From contig NC_067400.1 of assembly GCF_016432865.1 (NCBI RefSeq), forward strand, positions 246,078,001-246,142,000: a stretch of 64,000 bases of DNA, written 5' to 3'. The notes beneath the pieces are model-generated. The model ran no database searches and was not told the DNA's origin. It saw only the letters and a program-made list of their open reading frames with translations. This DNA comes from Antechinus flavipes (lineage: Eukaryota). The translations under genes and the position numbers were made by a program. Positions 25,604 to 38,748 of this stretch are shown piece after piece (within the stretch, counting starts at the first letter, position 1; every line of letters starts with the position of its first letter).

Positions 25604-26729
25604 AAAATCCCTTGCTATTGGGCTGTCAAGGAGTCTGTAGTCCCAGAAGGACATCACCTTCCATCTGTGTCTGCAGCTGAGCTACCTGGGAAAGCTACTG
25701 CAATGGGGTCTAGCACCTCCATGGCACATTCAGAGCAAGTCATGGCAATGACCAAGAAACAACAGGACCCATCCTTCTGGGAAATGATGCAGACTCTCAC
25801 CTGTCACGAGAGTGAATTCTCCAACAACTCCTTCCCAGCAAGTTGACTCATCTCTCATATGTTACTATTTCTTTTACAACTTTGCAATAAACTTACTTCT
25901 CTTGCTTAGTAAAGCTATTGTTACTTGTGCTGCTTGACCTCTGTCTCTGGGTTTCAGTCTCTCATTAAGAAGAGATTTTCAGTCTTGATGTGCTTATCTG
26001 TGTCATTGTAGAAGTTTAGGTCTCCAATGCATTTTTGGCAATAAGCTGATATTATTGAAAATTTATGTTCAGAAATGACATTATTTCCACATTTTATATG
26101 CATACCATATAGCATTTCCATGTAAAATGTCTTTCTCAGACTTAACTACTGCAGTTCTTACATATAATTCCATTAAAATATGAATGACCCACTTTGTGGA
26201 AGGAATGATTTTTGTCCCCTATAATCTCCGGCCCTTCTCTCATGTTGTGTCCATAAATAGACAGTATTTTTTTCATCAAAGTTTCATATATTTTGATGTC
26301 ATATTCAGGGTTTGTAGATTGCAAATGAAAGATATCCCTGTTGATTTCAGAATTGTTTTCCGAGTCTTAGTCTGGAAAGCAAAATGAAACACAATATTGA
26401 GTGCTAGAAATGGAGTCAGGAAAACTTAGTCTGTTCAAATCTGTCCTCATAACCTAAGTAGTTGGAGGCTTTGTTTTCCTCATTTCTTCATTTGTATAAT
26501 GGATTGGAGAAGGCTATGATAAAAGAATTTCTTTTCTTGGCCACTAAAACATCAGATACAGTGACAATGATTTTGACAATGTTGAAAAAACGACTTAAAA
26601 ATAAAATCCTTGTCTAGCTCCCTTTCAGAATTTTGCTTTCTACAAAAGATTTCAAGATCTAACACACAGCATAAGTTGATGGCATACCACAATAATCACA
26701 GAAAGAATCATATTCATAGTCTGAATATT

Positions 26730-27353
26730 TTTTGTTTTATTTTTTTAGTTAATATGTTCCCCCAGTTATATTCAAGACAAAAATTCTGTTTTACATTTTT
26801 TTTTTAATTTTTGAGTTCTGAGTTCTCTCTCTTATCCCCAACCACAATTAAGAAAACTGGTGAAGTCATGAAAAAGATTTCCATAAAAGTCAAGTTGTCG
26901 AAAAAAAACAAAACACATAGATCTACCCACCCTAATGAAAATAAAAACCATCAAAAGAAAATGAAGTTAAGAAAAAAGAGAAAGAGATAAGAGAGAGAAA
27001 ATGCTTCAGCCTAAATTCAGACACAATGAGATCCTTTTCTGAGTATGGATAGAATTTTTCATCATAAGTACTTCAGAGTAATCATGGAAGATTATACTAT
27101 TCAGACCACAAAAGTTATCCATAGCTGATCATCCCAGAACATTGCTATGATTTCACATACAATACATTTCACTTTGCTTGCATTCATGGAGGACTTTCCA
27201 GACTTTTTTCTACCTGAGAACATCCTACTCATAATTTCCCATAAAATAATAATATTCTATCATAAACATATCACACAGTTTATTGAGCCATTCCCCAACT
27301 GCTGGGCATCCATCTCACAATTTCTAATTTTTTTGCCCAGAGAAGAGAACTGC
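26730..27353 (-). mobile_element. Old truncated L1 3' end shared by several units (copy 1)
   Basis: T-rich tail on the left; reverse complement encodes an L1 ORF2 WKL.GCP..GEWL-like motif; degenerate TSD catagtctgaatatt / acacaggctgaatgtt. Confidence 0.75.
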
Positions 27354-28799
27354 ACACAGGCTGAATGTTGTCAGCTAACTCTACACTTCCAGTAGGCTGA
27401 ATCTCTACTAGCCAATTGCACATCTCGTCCAAATCAAATACTGACATAAACCTGAAGCTTTTTCTGACATGCTGTAAGGATGTGCAGCAGAATCTCAAAA
27501 CATACTCTCTATTCAACTTACATACCCATCAAAAAAGAGCACCTGCTTGGCTGTTTAGCAGCCTGCCTGATAACTTTTGGATTCCTCAGTTCCATTGGCT
27601 AAACTGTCCATAAAATCATGTCACTGAAAAAACTTCAGAATATACTAGAGCTTGACATTCCAGCTGGTACATAGGAAGTGCTTACTAATTTTGCAAGTTT
27701 TTATTTCCACTGACTTTTAGTGGGAAATATCCTCAGCACTCTCACTCTGCTGAGTACTTTTAAAAATGTGTCCAAAATGTTGAGCAATTAATTGTCATGA
27801 AACACTACAGTAAGGTTAATTGCATAGATAACAAAGCCTTCAATAAAAGGGAAATTGTCTCTTTCTTACCCCTCATTAAGCAAAGAATATTTTATTTTGA
27901 TTAGCAAAAACAAAAATCAGTTAATAGGAGCAGAATACTTTCTCTAAATCATTGATATCCTTCTTTTGGCAAATAGAACAGATCTAATACTTTCACTATG
28001 TAATGGTTAAAAAAAAAGCTTAGGAGAACTAGGACAAGTCCTTGAATATCTTCTATACCCCAAAATCTGTGTTCCTTGAATTGAGTCACTTCCATCTTCC
28101 TAAACTTCAATCGCTTGTATTTCACTTCATGAAATCTCAAGGTCATAGTAGAATTTCTGATTGTCAGGTGACCTCCTATTGGGCTATCTTATGATTTAAA
28201 GTATAATTGTATGAGGACTATAATCTGGGAGAAGAGATGGCAACCCTCCAGAGTCCCAACAGACTTGAGTTCATTTTCTTCTAGACAACTAAAAAATTTC
28301 TGAGATGCTGCTCAACCTGAGAGTCAAAACCTCCTCTTGTCTATGCTACACTTTCTCATTTGGTATCTATTTTATTTGCCATAGACTTAGTTACTTGCTC
28401 AGTTTGACATAAAATAATCCAGTTAGAGCTCTAGCTCCAAACCAGAATTTCTTCTGATCTCACTGGTTCAACAAGCTATTAATGGCTTGAATACATAATC
28501 CTACCAATGTCATATTGTCAGCACTGCCAAGAACTCCCACATTTAACTACCTATTTCCTTCATTATGGTTTGTGGAAACTACTCAGGGTCTCTAGCTGTT
28601 CTCCTTTTATTTCCTCTGAAAATCCTGACTATTACATTCTCGACCCTCACCTTTAAGAGAAACTACTCTCTGCAAGTTGTCCAGTGATGTCCTCCTGAGT
28701 AAATCAAAAGGCCACTTCAAATTGACTGCCACTTCATCCCTCTTTGGCTTTGAAATTGTTGGCCAATTCCTCCTCCTAGATATGCTTGATCCTGCTCTT

Positions 28800-29062
28800 C
28801 CTGCCTGGTTGTTCTTTCTTACTTTTCTTCTTTTTCTCTTGTAATTCTTGTTCTCTTTCTTCTTTGTTTTCTTCTTGTTGTTCTTTTTTATGTTCTTCTA
28901 CTTGTTTTTCTTCTTCTCCTACTTTTTTCTTGTTCTTGTTCTTCTCCTTATTCTCCTTGTGCTTCATCATCATCATCATCTTTTCTTCTTTTTCTTTTTG
29001 CACTTCTTCTTCTTCCCTCTTCTTTTTCTGCTTCTCCTCCTTGTTCTTCTTCTTCAGCCTAT
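28800..29062. repeat. CT-rich (TTC/TTG/CAT) tract
   Basis: Degenerate trinucleotide repeats. Confidence 0.9.
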
Positions 29063-29690
29063 TGTTGTTACATATAAATTGACAGACCGAAGTCCAGCTT
29101 CTGTCTCTCAGATGCCCAAAGGATTGTTCAGACTATTCATCCCCTAGGACTCCTGAAAGTTCCTGGCTCCACATTTGATGTCTTGTAAATTCCAACTGCT
29201 TTTTCTTTTCTAATGATTTAAAGATATAGATTTTATCTGGTTTTTAATCCTTTTCTGATGCTGGCTAATATCAAAATTGATAGTCTTCATACCCTTAATT
29301 GCTCTTTCTTAATTTGATGGTGTTCCAAGTGGTAGTCAACTTCATTCAGACTATGAATAGCATGTACATTCCATTTGCCTTTGTACAGCATGGCTGTCCA
29401 GCCTTCCCAGGAAATTCTCCTCTCTCCTAAATATCCCTCCAACATTTTTTAGTCCATTCTACTCTGTTTGAAGCCCACCAGTGGAACTTGGGTTTGCTCA
29501 CTTCTCCAAGTATCCTGTGCTGTTGCCTCTAAGATCTTTTCTGATGAACTCTCCTTGTTTGTGGCAAGTCCCTTTGTGTTTACATGTTCACTCTAGTTTT
29601 AGGATATTAAAACCATACAAGGTTAGTGAAATACATAAAGAAAAAAAATAGGGAAGTGATTTCTGCTTTATCTGCTTTTGGAATAAGATC

Positions 29691-29897
29691 ATGAATGGTT
29701 TCCACAAACCATAGTAAAGGCAATTGGTAGTTAAATGTGGGAGTTCTTAGCAGTGCTGAAAATATGAAATTGGTAGGACTATGTATTCAAACCACTGATA
29801 GCTTGTTGAACCAGTGAGATCAGAAGAAATGCTGGTCTGGAGCTGGAGCTCTAACTAAATTATTTTATGTCAAACTGAGCAAGTCCTGAGTCTATGG
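29691..29897 (-). repeat. Inverted copy of spacer segment 28379-28585
   Basis: Reverse complement aligns end-to-end with 28379-28585, including the private variant gttagagctc. Confidence 0.9.
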
Positions 29898-30410
29898 ACT
29901 CTGTCAAGAGGGTCACCACCAAAATCTCAACTCAAATCTGAAATCTGAATGAAGTCTTGTATCATTGGAGTATCAAAAAGCATTAATTTAAAAAAAGGAT
30001 TTCATGGCTATGTTGAGGTATCATAAAGAAACCATGTATAATGGAAGGAAGATGGTGACATTTTGGAGAGCAGTGGCATGAAGCTTGGGTAGGGCATCAG
30101 TCATATTTTTTGGCATACCATTGGCAACATCATAATTGTTTCAAATGATGAGAATGAGATAGTGGCAAAACATTCTCAGAAAAAGAATGAATCAAGAGGG
30201 AAAAAACAAAAGCAAAACATTAAGGAGTTGGTGGTGGTATCAGATATCAAACAATTGCAAGAATGTGATTTTACCTAGGAATGATGAAATTCTAGCCTGC
30301 TTCTGCAACATTTCCTGCTCAAAGGGTATAAAAGTTGCTGTGCAGAAGGTGCCATACATACTCAAAGACCCTATCCTGAAAATCCATCCACCCAAGTGAA
30401 TCCTGACACC

Positions 30411-30608
30411 ATGTGCTACTACGGCAGCTACTATGGGGGCCTGGGCTATGGCTGTGGGTCTGGTTATGGCTGTGGATGTGGCTGCTTCCGTGGCCTAGGC
30501 TATGGCTGTGGAGGCTGTGGCTATGGAGGCCTGGGCTATGGAAGCTATGGCTATGGCTGCTGCCGTCCATCTTGCTATGGAAGGTATTATTCTTATGGCT
30601 TCTACTGA
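30411..30608 (+). CDS. High Gly/Tyr keratin-associated protein, KRTAP20/19-like, 65 aa
   Basis: [18 protein letters not shown]...[23 protein letters not shown] 30327-30333; AATAAA 30875-30880. Confidence 0.9.
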   Translation: MCYYGSYYGGLGYGCGSGYGCGCGCFRGLGYGCGGCGYGGLGYGSYGYGCCRPSCYGRYYSYGFY

Positions 30609-31326
30609 AAAATCCCTTGCTATTGGGCTGTCAAGGAATCTGTAATCCCAGAAGGATATCACCTTCTGTTTGTGTCTGCAGCTGAGCTACATTGGAAAGC
30701 TACCACAACAGGGTCTAGCAATCCCCATGGCATACTCAGAACAATGACCAAGAAGCAGCAGGACCCTTCCTTCTGGGAAATGATGCACACTCTCACCTGT
30801 CAGACTTCTCCAACAACTCCTTCCCAGCAAGTTGGCTCATCTCTCATACATTATTGTGACTTTTATGACTTTGCAATAAACTTGTTTTCCCTTGCTTACC
30901 AAAGTTGTTATTTGTCCTGCTTGACCTCTGTCTCTTTGGGTTTCAGCCTCTCATCATAAAGAGATTTTAAGCCTTGATGTGCTTATCTGTGTCATTATAG
31001 AAGTTTAGGTCTCCAATGCATTTTTGGCAACACTTTGAAATCGCTGAACATTTCTGTTCATGAATGACATTATTTCCATTTAAAGCATCTTTCTCAGATT
31101 TGACTATGAAGTTCTTACATATTAGTCCATTAAAATACATATGCCCCACTTTACTGAACAAATGGCTTTTGTTCTCTATAATCTCAGTCCCTTCTCTCAT
31201 TTGTGCTTGTACTGTCCAACTTTCCAAAGTTTCATATATGTTTGGTATTATATTCATGATTTGTAAATTCTAAATCCAAGGTATCCCTATTGATTTCAGA
31301 ATTGTCTTCCCAGTCTTACTCTGGAA

Positions 31327-31555
31327 AACTAGATGAAACAGAGAATTGATTACTGAGAATGGAGTCAGGAAAAATTATCTTAGTGCATTCAAATCTGTCC
31401 TCATCACCTGAGTATTTGAATACTTTGTTTGTCTCAATCTGTATAACGGTCTGGAGAGGGCTATGGCAAATGGTTTTTTTTTTTTTTTTGGACCATTAAA
31501 ATGTCGGATGCAGTCACAATGATTCAGAAAACAGTAAAAAATGACTGAGCAACAA
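31327..31555 (+). mobile_element. Decayed MAR1/CORE-type SINE (paralog; others at about 15385, 26378, 34950, 40598, 53675, 63900)
   Basis: ggagtcagga...ttcaaatctgtcctc...ctggagagggctatggcaaa...atgactgagcaacaa. Confidence 0.6.
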
Positions 31556-31675
31556 AATCCTTGTTGAGCTCTCTTTCACCACTTTGTTTTCTTTAGGAAA
31601 TCTCAAGATGTAAAGCACAGCATAAGTTAGGCACACAATAGTCACAGAAAGAATCATGTATACAGTCTGAATATT

Positions 31676-32236
31676 TTGTCTTGTTTTGTTTTTGGTTGGA
31701 AAAGTTTTTTCCTAAAATTTTTGAGTTCTACATTTTCTCCCTTATTCCCATTCACAATTAAGAAACCTACTGTGAAGTTATGAAAAACATTTCCATAAAA
31801 GTCAAGTTGTCAAAAGAATTATAATTCCCTCATGGCAAAAAAAAATGAAGTTAAGAAAAAGAGAAAGAAATGAGAGAGAAAGAGAGAACATTTCAGTCTT
31901 TATTCAGACATAATGAGTTTCTTCTCTGGGTAGGATTTTTCATTATAAGTCCTTAAGTGAAGTCGTGGATGATTGTGCTACTGAGACAATTAAAGTTTTC
32001 TACAGCTGATCATCCCAGAACATTGCTATGACTTTGCATACAATATATTTCACTTTGCTTGAGTTCATGAAGGATTTCCAGATTTTTTCCTTCCTGACAG
32101 CATTCTGCTCATCATTTCCCATAAAAAATAATATGCCTTCACAAATACACTCCACAGTTCATTGAGCCATTCCACAACTGATGAGCTTCCCCTCAATTTC
32201 CAGTGTTTTTTTTTTTTTTCTTGAGAAGAGACCTGC
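31676..32236 (-). mobile_element. Old truncated L1 3' end shared by several units (copy 2, perfect TSD)
   Basis: Flanked by ATACAGTCTGAATATT at 31660-31675 and 32237-32252. Confidence 0.85.
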
Positions 32237-32779
32237 ATACAGTCTGAATATTGTCAGCTAACTCAGTGGCCAAATCTAGACAGCTACATATCCTGTCCAA
32301 ATCAAAACTGACATAAACCTGTAGTTTTCTTTATATGAGTACAAAGATGTGCAGCATATACACGAAACAATTAAACTCTCTAGTCAACTTAAATACTCAT
32401 GAAAAAGAGCACCTGCTTGGCTGCTCAGCAGAATGCCTAACATCCTTTGGATTCCTCAGTTCCACCGGCTAGACTGTTCACAAAATCATGTCTCTGATAG
32501 AATTCCCCAAGATACTAGAGTTTGACACTCCACCTGGTACATAGGTAGTGCTTACTAAATTTTTTAAGTTTTTGTATTTCCACTTAGGTTTAGTGGGAAA
32601 TGTCCTCAGTATCCACATTCTGTTGAGTTCTTTCTAAAATTATCTCCTGACACTGCTTTTTCTGCCTAATTGTTCTTTCTTGATCTTCTTTTTGTGTTCT
32701 TCTTGTAATTCTTTTTCTTTTTTCTTCATTTTCATCTTTTTTGTTCTTGTTTTTTTTTTCTTTTTCTGGTTCATCTTCA

Positions 32780-32909
32780 NNNNNNNNNNNNNNNNNNNNN
32801 NNNNNNNNNNNNNNNNNNNNNNNNNNNNNNNNNNNNNNNNNNNNNNNNNNNNNNNNNNNNNNNNNNNNNNNNNNNNNNNNNNNNNNNNNNNNNNNNNNNN
32901 NNNNNNNNN
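32780..32909. other. Assembly gap (130 N)
   Basis: N run at the CT tract. Confidence 1.
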
Positions 32910-33086
32910 TTAATATAAAATGACTGACTGAAGCCAAATTTCTGTCTTTTTTCTTTCTTTTATCCATACAATCTGGAATAAGAGAGAAAAATCACCCTCC
33001 ATTCCAGAGTTTACAAGCCAACCCACTAGATACTTGCAAGCACAGGTTGAGATTCACAACAGCATCTCTCAAAAAATTTAGACTCA

Positions 33087-33255
33087 GAAGCAGCTAAGTA
33101 GTACAGTGGATAGAGCACTAGCGCTGAAATCAGGAGGACCTGAATTCAAATCTGTCCTCAGACATTTAACACTTCCTAGCTGTGTGACCCTGGGCAAGCC
33201 ACTTAACCCCAGTTGTCTTGGAGGGGGAGGGGGGAAGAAAATTAAAGAAATATAA
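33087..33255 (+). mobile_element. tRNA-derived SINE (WSINE1/SINE1-like), unique to this unit
   Basis: A-box-like agctaagtagtacagtgg, B-box-like gaattcaaatc, core ctagctgtgtgaccctgggcaagccacttaacc and A-rich tail. Degenerate TSD aaaaatttagactca / aaaaaccagaatca. Confidence 0.85.
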
Positions 33256-33938
33256 AAACCAGAATCACATTACCAAAAGTCAATATAAAAATTCCACTTT
33301 GATAATTATTACAAATATCAAATCATCCCAAATCAAGAACAGATTTCCTCATTCTGTCTGATTGCAAAATTGCCAATCTCTTTTCAACTTCTCTCCTCTT
33401 TACAAGAGCACCAATATCTAGGCAAATTTGTAAGTTTATAGTGACAGAGACATCCCTACCCCTCTAATTCCACCTACAAATTTCACTAAAAATTGAACAA
33501 ACTTGTCTAAATCAATATATCAGAAGTATCAGATAGCAAGGAAAGCATGTATAATAGAAGGAGAATGATGACATTTTGGAGAGTGATGCCATGAAGCTTG
33601 GTTAGGGCATCAGTCACATGCTTTAGCATGTCTTTGGCAACATCATAATCATTCATATTATGGGAATGAGATTGTCACAGAACCTTCTCAGAAAAATAAT
33701 GAATCAAGAAGGGAAACAACAAAAACAAAACACTAAGGAGCTGGTGGTAGTGTCAGAGACCAAACAATTGCAAGAATGAGATTTTTCCCAGGAATTTGGT
33801 TAATGGAAATGATGACATCCTGGCCTGACTCTGCCACATTTCCTGCTCAAAGAGTATAAAAGCTGCTGTGCAGAAGGTGCCATACATACTCAAAGACCCT
33901 AATCTGAAAATCCATCCACCCAAGTGAATCCTGACACC

Positions 33939-34190
33939 ATGTGCTACTACGGCGGCTACTATGGGGGCCTGGGCTATGGCTATGGCTCTGGTTATGGCTG
34001 TGGATGTGGCAGCTACCGTGGCCTAGGCTATGGAGGCTATGGCTGTGGAGGCTGTGGCTATGGAGGCCTGGGCTATGGAGGCTATGGCTGTGGAGGCTGT
34101 GGCTATGGAGGCCTGGGCTATGGAGGCTATGGCTATGGCTGCTGCCGTCCATCTTGCTGTGGAAGATATTCTTCTTATGGCTTCTACTGA
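33939..34190 (+). CDS. High Gly/Tyr keratin-associated protein, KRTAP20/19-like, 83 aa
   Basis: [10 protein letters not shown]...CGSYRGLG...[23 protein letters not shown] 33855-33861; AATAAA 34479-34484. Confidence 0.92.
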   Translation: MCYYGGYYGGLGYGYGSGYGCGCGSYRGLGYGGYGCGGCGYGGLGYGGYGCGGCGYGGLGYGGYGYGCCRPSCCGRYSSYGFY

Positions 34191-35229
34191 AAAATCCCTT
34201 GTAATAACAAGGGTTGTCAAGGAATCTGTAGTCCCAGAAGGACATCACCTTCCATCTGTGTCTGCAGCTAAGCTACAAGGGAAAGCTACCATAACAGGGT
34301 CTAGCAATCCCCATGGTACATTCAGGGCATTGAAGTGGCAGTGACCAAGAAAGAGCAGGACCCATCCTTCTGGGAAATGATGCAGACTATCTCCTGTCAT
34401 GAGAGTGACTTCTCCAACAACTCCTTCCCTGAAAGTTGGCTCACCTCTCATACATTATTATGTCTTTTATGACTTTGCAATAAACTTGTTTCCCTTGCTT
34501 ACCAAAGTTGTTGTTACTTGTCCTGCTTGACCTCTGTCTCCTTAGATTTCAATCTCTCATCAAAAAAAGATTTTCATCCTTGAAGTGCTCATATGTGTCA
34601 TTTCAGAAGTTTAGATCTCCAATGTATTTTTGCCAACAAGCTGATGCCTCTGAAATTTTCTGTTTAGAAATGACACTATTTTCATGTAAAATGTCTTTCC
34701 CAGATTTGATTCTTGCAATTCTTACATATTAGTCCATTAAAATACATAAGCTTCACTTTATTGAAGAAATTACCTTTGTCTCCTATAATCTCAAACTTTT
34801 CTCTCATGTGCTCATAAATGGACAGTGTTTTTATTGTCAAAGTTACAAAAAATTTCACATATACCTGGTGTCATATTCAGGGTTTGTAAATTCTGAATCC
34901 AAGATGTCCTTGTTGATTCCAGAATTCTCTTCCTAGTCTTAGTCTAGGACTGAGGACTGAGTGCTAGAAATAGAGTCAGGAAAATTTATCTTCATGTGTT
35001 CAAATCTCTCCTCATAAACTAAGTAGTTGGAGTTTTGTTTGCCTCAATTTCCTCATCTGGATAATGCACTGGCGAAAGCTATATTCTTGTCTTGGACATT
35101 CAGATGCAGTGACAATGAATCAAACTTTTTTTTCCTCCAAGAAATCTAAATATCTGAAGCACAGTACAAGTTAATGGCACTCCACAATAATCACAGAGAG
35201 AAAAATAATCATGTACACAGTCTGAATTT

Positions 35230-35807
35230 TGTTTTGTTTTGTTTTGTTTTACTTATTAAGCTTTCCCTTCAGGTACATTTAAAACAAAACAAATTTGCTT
35301 TTTTATATAAAATTTTTGAGTTCTAAATTTTCTCCCTTATCCCCATCCACAATTAAGAAACCCCAAGTTATGAAAAATATTTCAATAAAGGTCAAGTACT
35401 CAAAAATACATAGATCTTCAGTTAAAAAAAACACAGAGAGATGACAAAAATAAAGAGAATGTCTCAGTCTCTATTCACACAATGAGTTATTTTTCTGAGT
35501 ATGGGTAGGATTTTTCACCATAAGTCCTTCAGAGTACTCATAGAAGATTGCAGTACTGAGAATAGCAAAGTTATCCACAGCTGGTTATCCCAGAACATTG
35601 CTATGACTTTGCATACAATATATTTCACTTGGCTTGAATTCATGGAGGACTTTCCAGATTAATTTCTTCTGAGAGCATCCTGTTCATCATTTTCCACAAA
35701 ATAACATTCCATCATAAACACATGCCACAGTAAACTATTTAGCTACTTACCAGGGGATGGGAATTTCCCCTCAATTTCCAATGTTTTTGTCCTCAGAAGA
35801 GAGCTGC
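35230..35807 (-). mobile_element. Old truncated L1 3' end shared by several units (copy 3)
   Basis: Homologous to 31676-32236 at the same spacer position. Confidence 0.75.
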
Positions 35808-37304
35808 ACACATGCTGCATATGGTCATCTGAATTGTCACATTCAGTGGACTGAAACTCTACAAACCAGCTGCACATCTTTTCCAAATCAAACACTGACA
35901 TGGACATGAAACTTTTACTTATATGAGTGTGAGGATGGACTGCATAATAAGAAAACACTTAAATTCTCCTGGCAACTTAAACACACATGAAAAAGAGCAC
36001 CTGTTTGGCTGCTCAGCAGAATGTCTAACATCCTTTGAATTCCTCAATTCCACTGGCTAAATTGTCCACAAAATTATGTACCTGACACAACTTTCCAAGA
36101 TACTAGAGGTTGACATTCCACCTGGTACCATAGGCAATGCTTACTAAATTTTGTAAGTTTTTGTATTTCCACTGGCTTTTAGTAGATAATGTCCTCAGCA
36201 TCCACATTCTGTTGCATTGTTTCTAAAAATATCTCCAAAATGTTGAGCAACTCAAAATCAGGAAAGATTACATTAAGGTCAACTGCATGGATGCAAAGCC
36301 ATCAGTAAAAGTGAAATCTTCTCCTTTTCACCCTCATTAAGCAAAAAATATTTTGTTTAGAAAATACAAAAATCAGTTGACAGGGGCAGAATGCTATCCC
36401 CAAATCATTGTTTTCCTCCTTTTGGACAAACAGAAGGGCTCTCAATAGCTTGTACTACTATGTGGTGGCCATAAACACCTTAAGAGAACTAGGACAAGTC
36501 CCTTAATATCTTCCATACCCACCAAAATCCATCTTCCCTGAATTGAGCCACTTAAGTGTTAATCTGAAGGACCTTTTACCACGGTCTGAATGTCTCTGGA
36601 TATTTTTCAGCTTAGCCAAAAACACCCACATAAAGAACATTGATGTTTACATAAATCAACACTTCCATCTTCCTGAATTTCAATTCCTTTTATTTCATTT
36701 CATGAAATCTGAAGTTTGTGTAAGATTTCTGGTTGTCACATGATATACTATTGGGCTATCTTATAGTTCAGAATGCAGTTGTAAGAGGACTAGAATCTGG
36801 GAGAAGAAATGACACATCTCTGGTTATTCAACAGTTCTTAGACTGAAGAATTTCTGATCAGCTACGCTTTCTCATTTGATGTCCACTTTATTTACCATGG
36901 ACTCAGTCACTTGCTTGCTTTAACATAAAATAATACAGTTCCAGCTCCAGTTCCAGACCAACATTGCTTCTGAACTCACTGGTTCAACAGGTTATCAGTG
37001 GCTTGAATGCATGATCCTACCAATCACATGTTGTTAGCACTGCCAAGGACATTCCCACATTTAAGCATACATTGCCTTTACTGTGATTTATAGAAACTAC
37101 TCAATGTCTCTAGTTGCTCTCCTTTCACTTCCTTTAAAATCTCTGAACATCACATTCCTGACCTTCACCTTTAAGACAAACTACTCTCTGAAAGTGTGGG
37201 GTGATGTCCTCATGAGTAAACCAAAAAGTCCAATTGACTGATGTTTCATCCTCTTTGGCTTTGAGATTGGTGGCCAATTACTCGTCCTGGGTGGGTGCTT
37301 GACA

Positions 37305-37460
37305 CTGCTTGTTCTCCTTATTGTCTTGTTCCTCTTCCTCTTTTCTTTTTCTTGCAATTCTTCTTTTTCTTCTTTGTCTTCTTCTTGCTGTTGTTCTTCT
37401 TGTTCTGTTTCTTCTCCTTATTCTTTTTCTTTTTCTCCTTTTTCTTCCTCATTTGGTTCT
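37305..37460. repeat. CT-rich tract (essentially identical to about 56065-56222)
   Basis: Spurious ORF translations 37295-37477 and 56056-56238 are identical. Confidence 0.9.
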
Positions 37461-38363
37461 TTAATAAAACTGATTGATTGAAGTCCAGATTCTGTCTCTT
37501 TTCTTTCTTTTACCCATGCTATCTGGAACAAGAGAAAAAATATCTCCTTTCATTCCAGAGTTTACAAACAAATCACTGGACACTCACTGATACAGGTGGA
37601 GATCAATAATAGCATCTCTCATAAGAGTCAGACCCTCATTATCAATAGTCAATATGAAAAAGTTCACTTTGATAAGCATTACACATTTCAAATAAGTCCA
37701 TACCTAGAAGAGATTTCCTCATTTTGCCTAATTGCAAAGCTGCCTAGATCTCTTCAACTACTCTCTCATCCTTTCAAGAGCAATACTATCTAGCCAAGTT
37801 GGTAGGTTTACAGGGACAGAGATGTCCCCGACCCTCTACTTCCACTGCAAATATCATCATAATTGAACAAATTTGTCTGCCCTACATTCACAACATTTCT
37901 GGCATTGAAATACTTATTTCAAATGACAAAGTATTCCAGTTAGACAAGACCCCTCAGCACCTACCTAAAAGAGCTTCTGACTGGTATGCTTGACTCTATT
38001 GTTTGCTCACCTAGATCCTCTTTCCACTCATTTGTCCAATGGGTTGTTCAGGCTCTTCCTCCCCTAGGACTCCTGAAACTCTCAGGAACCACACTTGTCT
38101 TGTTAACTCAAACTGCCTTTCCTTTTCTGGTCATTTAAAGATACAACTGCTGTCTGGCATTTAACCCTCTTCTGAAGCTGGGCAATCCCCAAACTGGAAG
38201 TTTTCATACCCTTTATTTCTCTTCTTTAAATTAATGGTGTTCCAAGTACTTGCCAACCTTCCTTAATGCATGGTGTGTGGCTTCTATTTGCCTTTGCAGA
38301 GACTGGCTGTCCAGCCTGCCCAGAAAATTCTCCTCTCTCTTAACTTTGTTCCCAATATTTTCT

Positions 38364-38748
38364 TTTCTTTTCTTTTTTTAATACATTTTTATTTACAAGA
38401 TATATGCATGGGTCATTTTTCAGCATTGACAATTGCAAAACCTTTTGTTCCAATTTTTCCCCTCCTTCTCCCCACCCCCTCCCCAAGATGGCAGGTTGAC
38501 CAATACATGTTAATTATATTAAAGTATAAATTAAATCCAATATATGTATACATGTACATATAGTTATTTTGCTGTACAAAAAGAATCGGACTCTGAAATA
38601 GTGTACAATTAGCTTGTGAAGGAAATCAAAAATGCAAGCAGACAAAAATAGAGGGATTGGGAATTCTATGAAGTGGTTCATACTCATTTCCCAGAGTTCT
38701 TTCTCTGGGTGTAGCTGGTTCTATTCATTACTGCTCTATTGGAACTGA
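38364..38748 (-). mobile_element. Truncated L1 3'UTR insertion
   Basis: T-rich tail; 14-bp TSD tcccaatattttct (38350-38363) / tcccaaccttttct (38749-38762) followed by aa, an endonuclease-type site. Confidence 0.85.
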
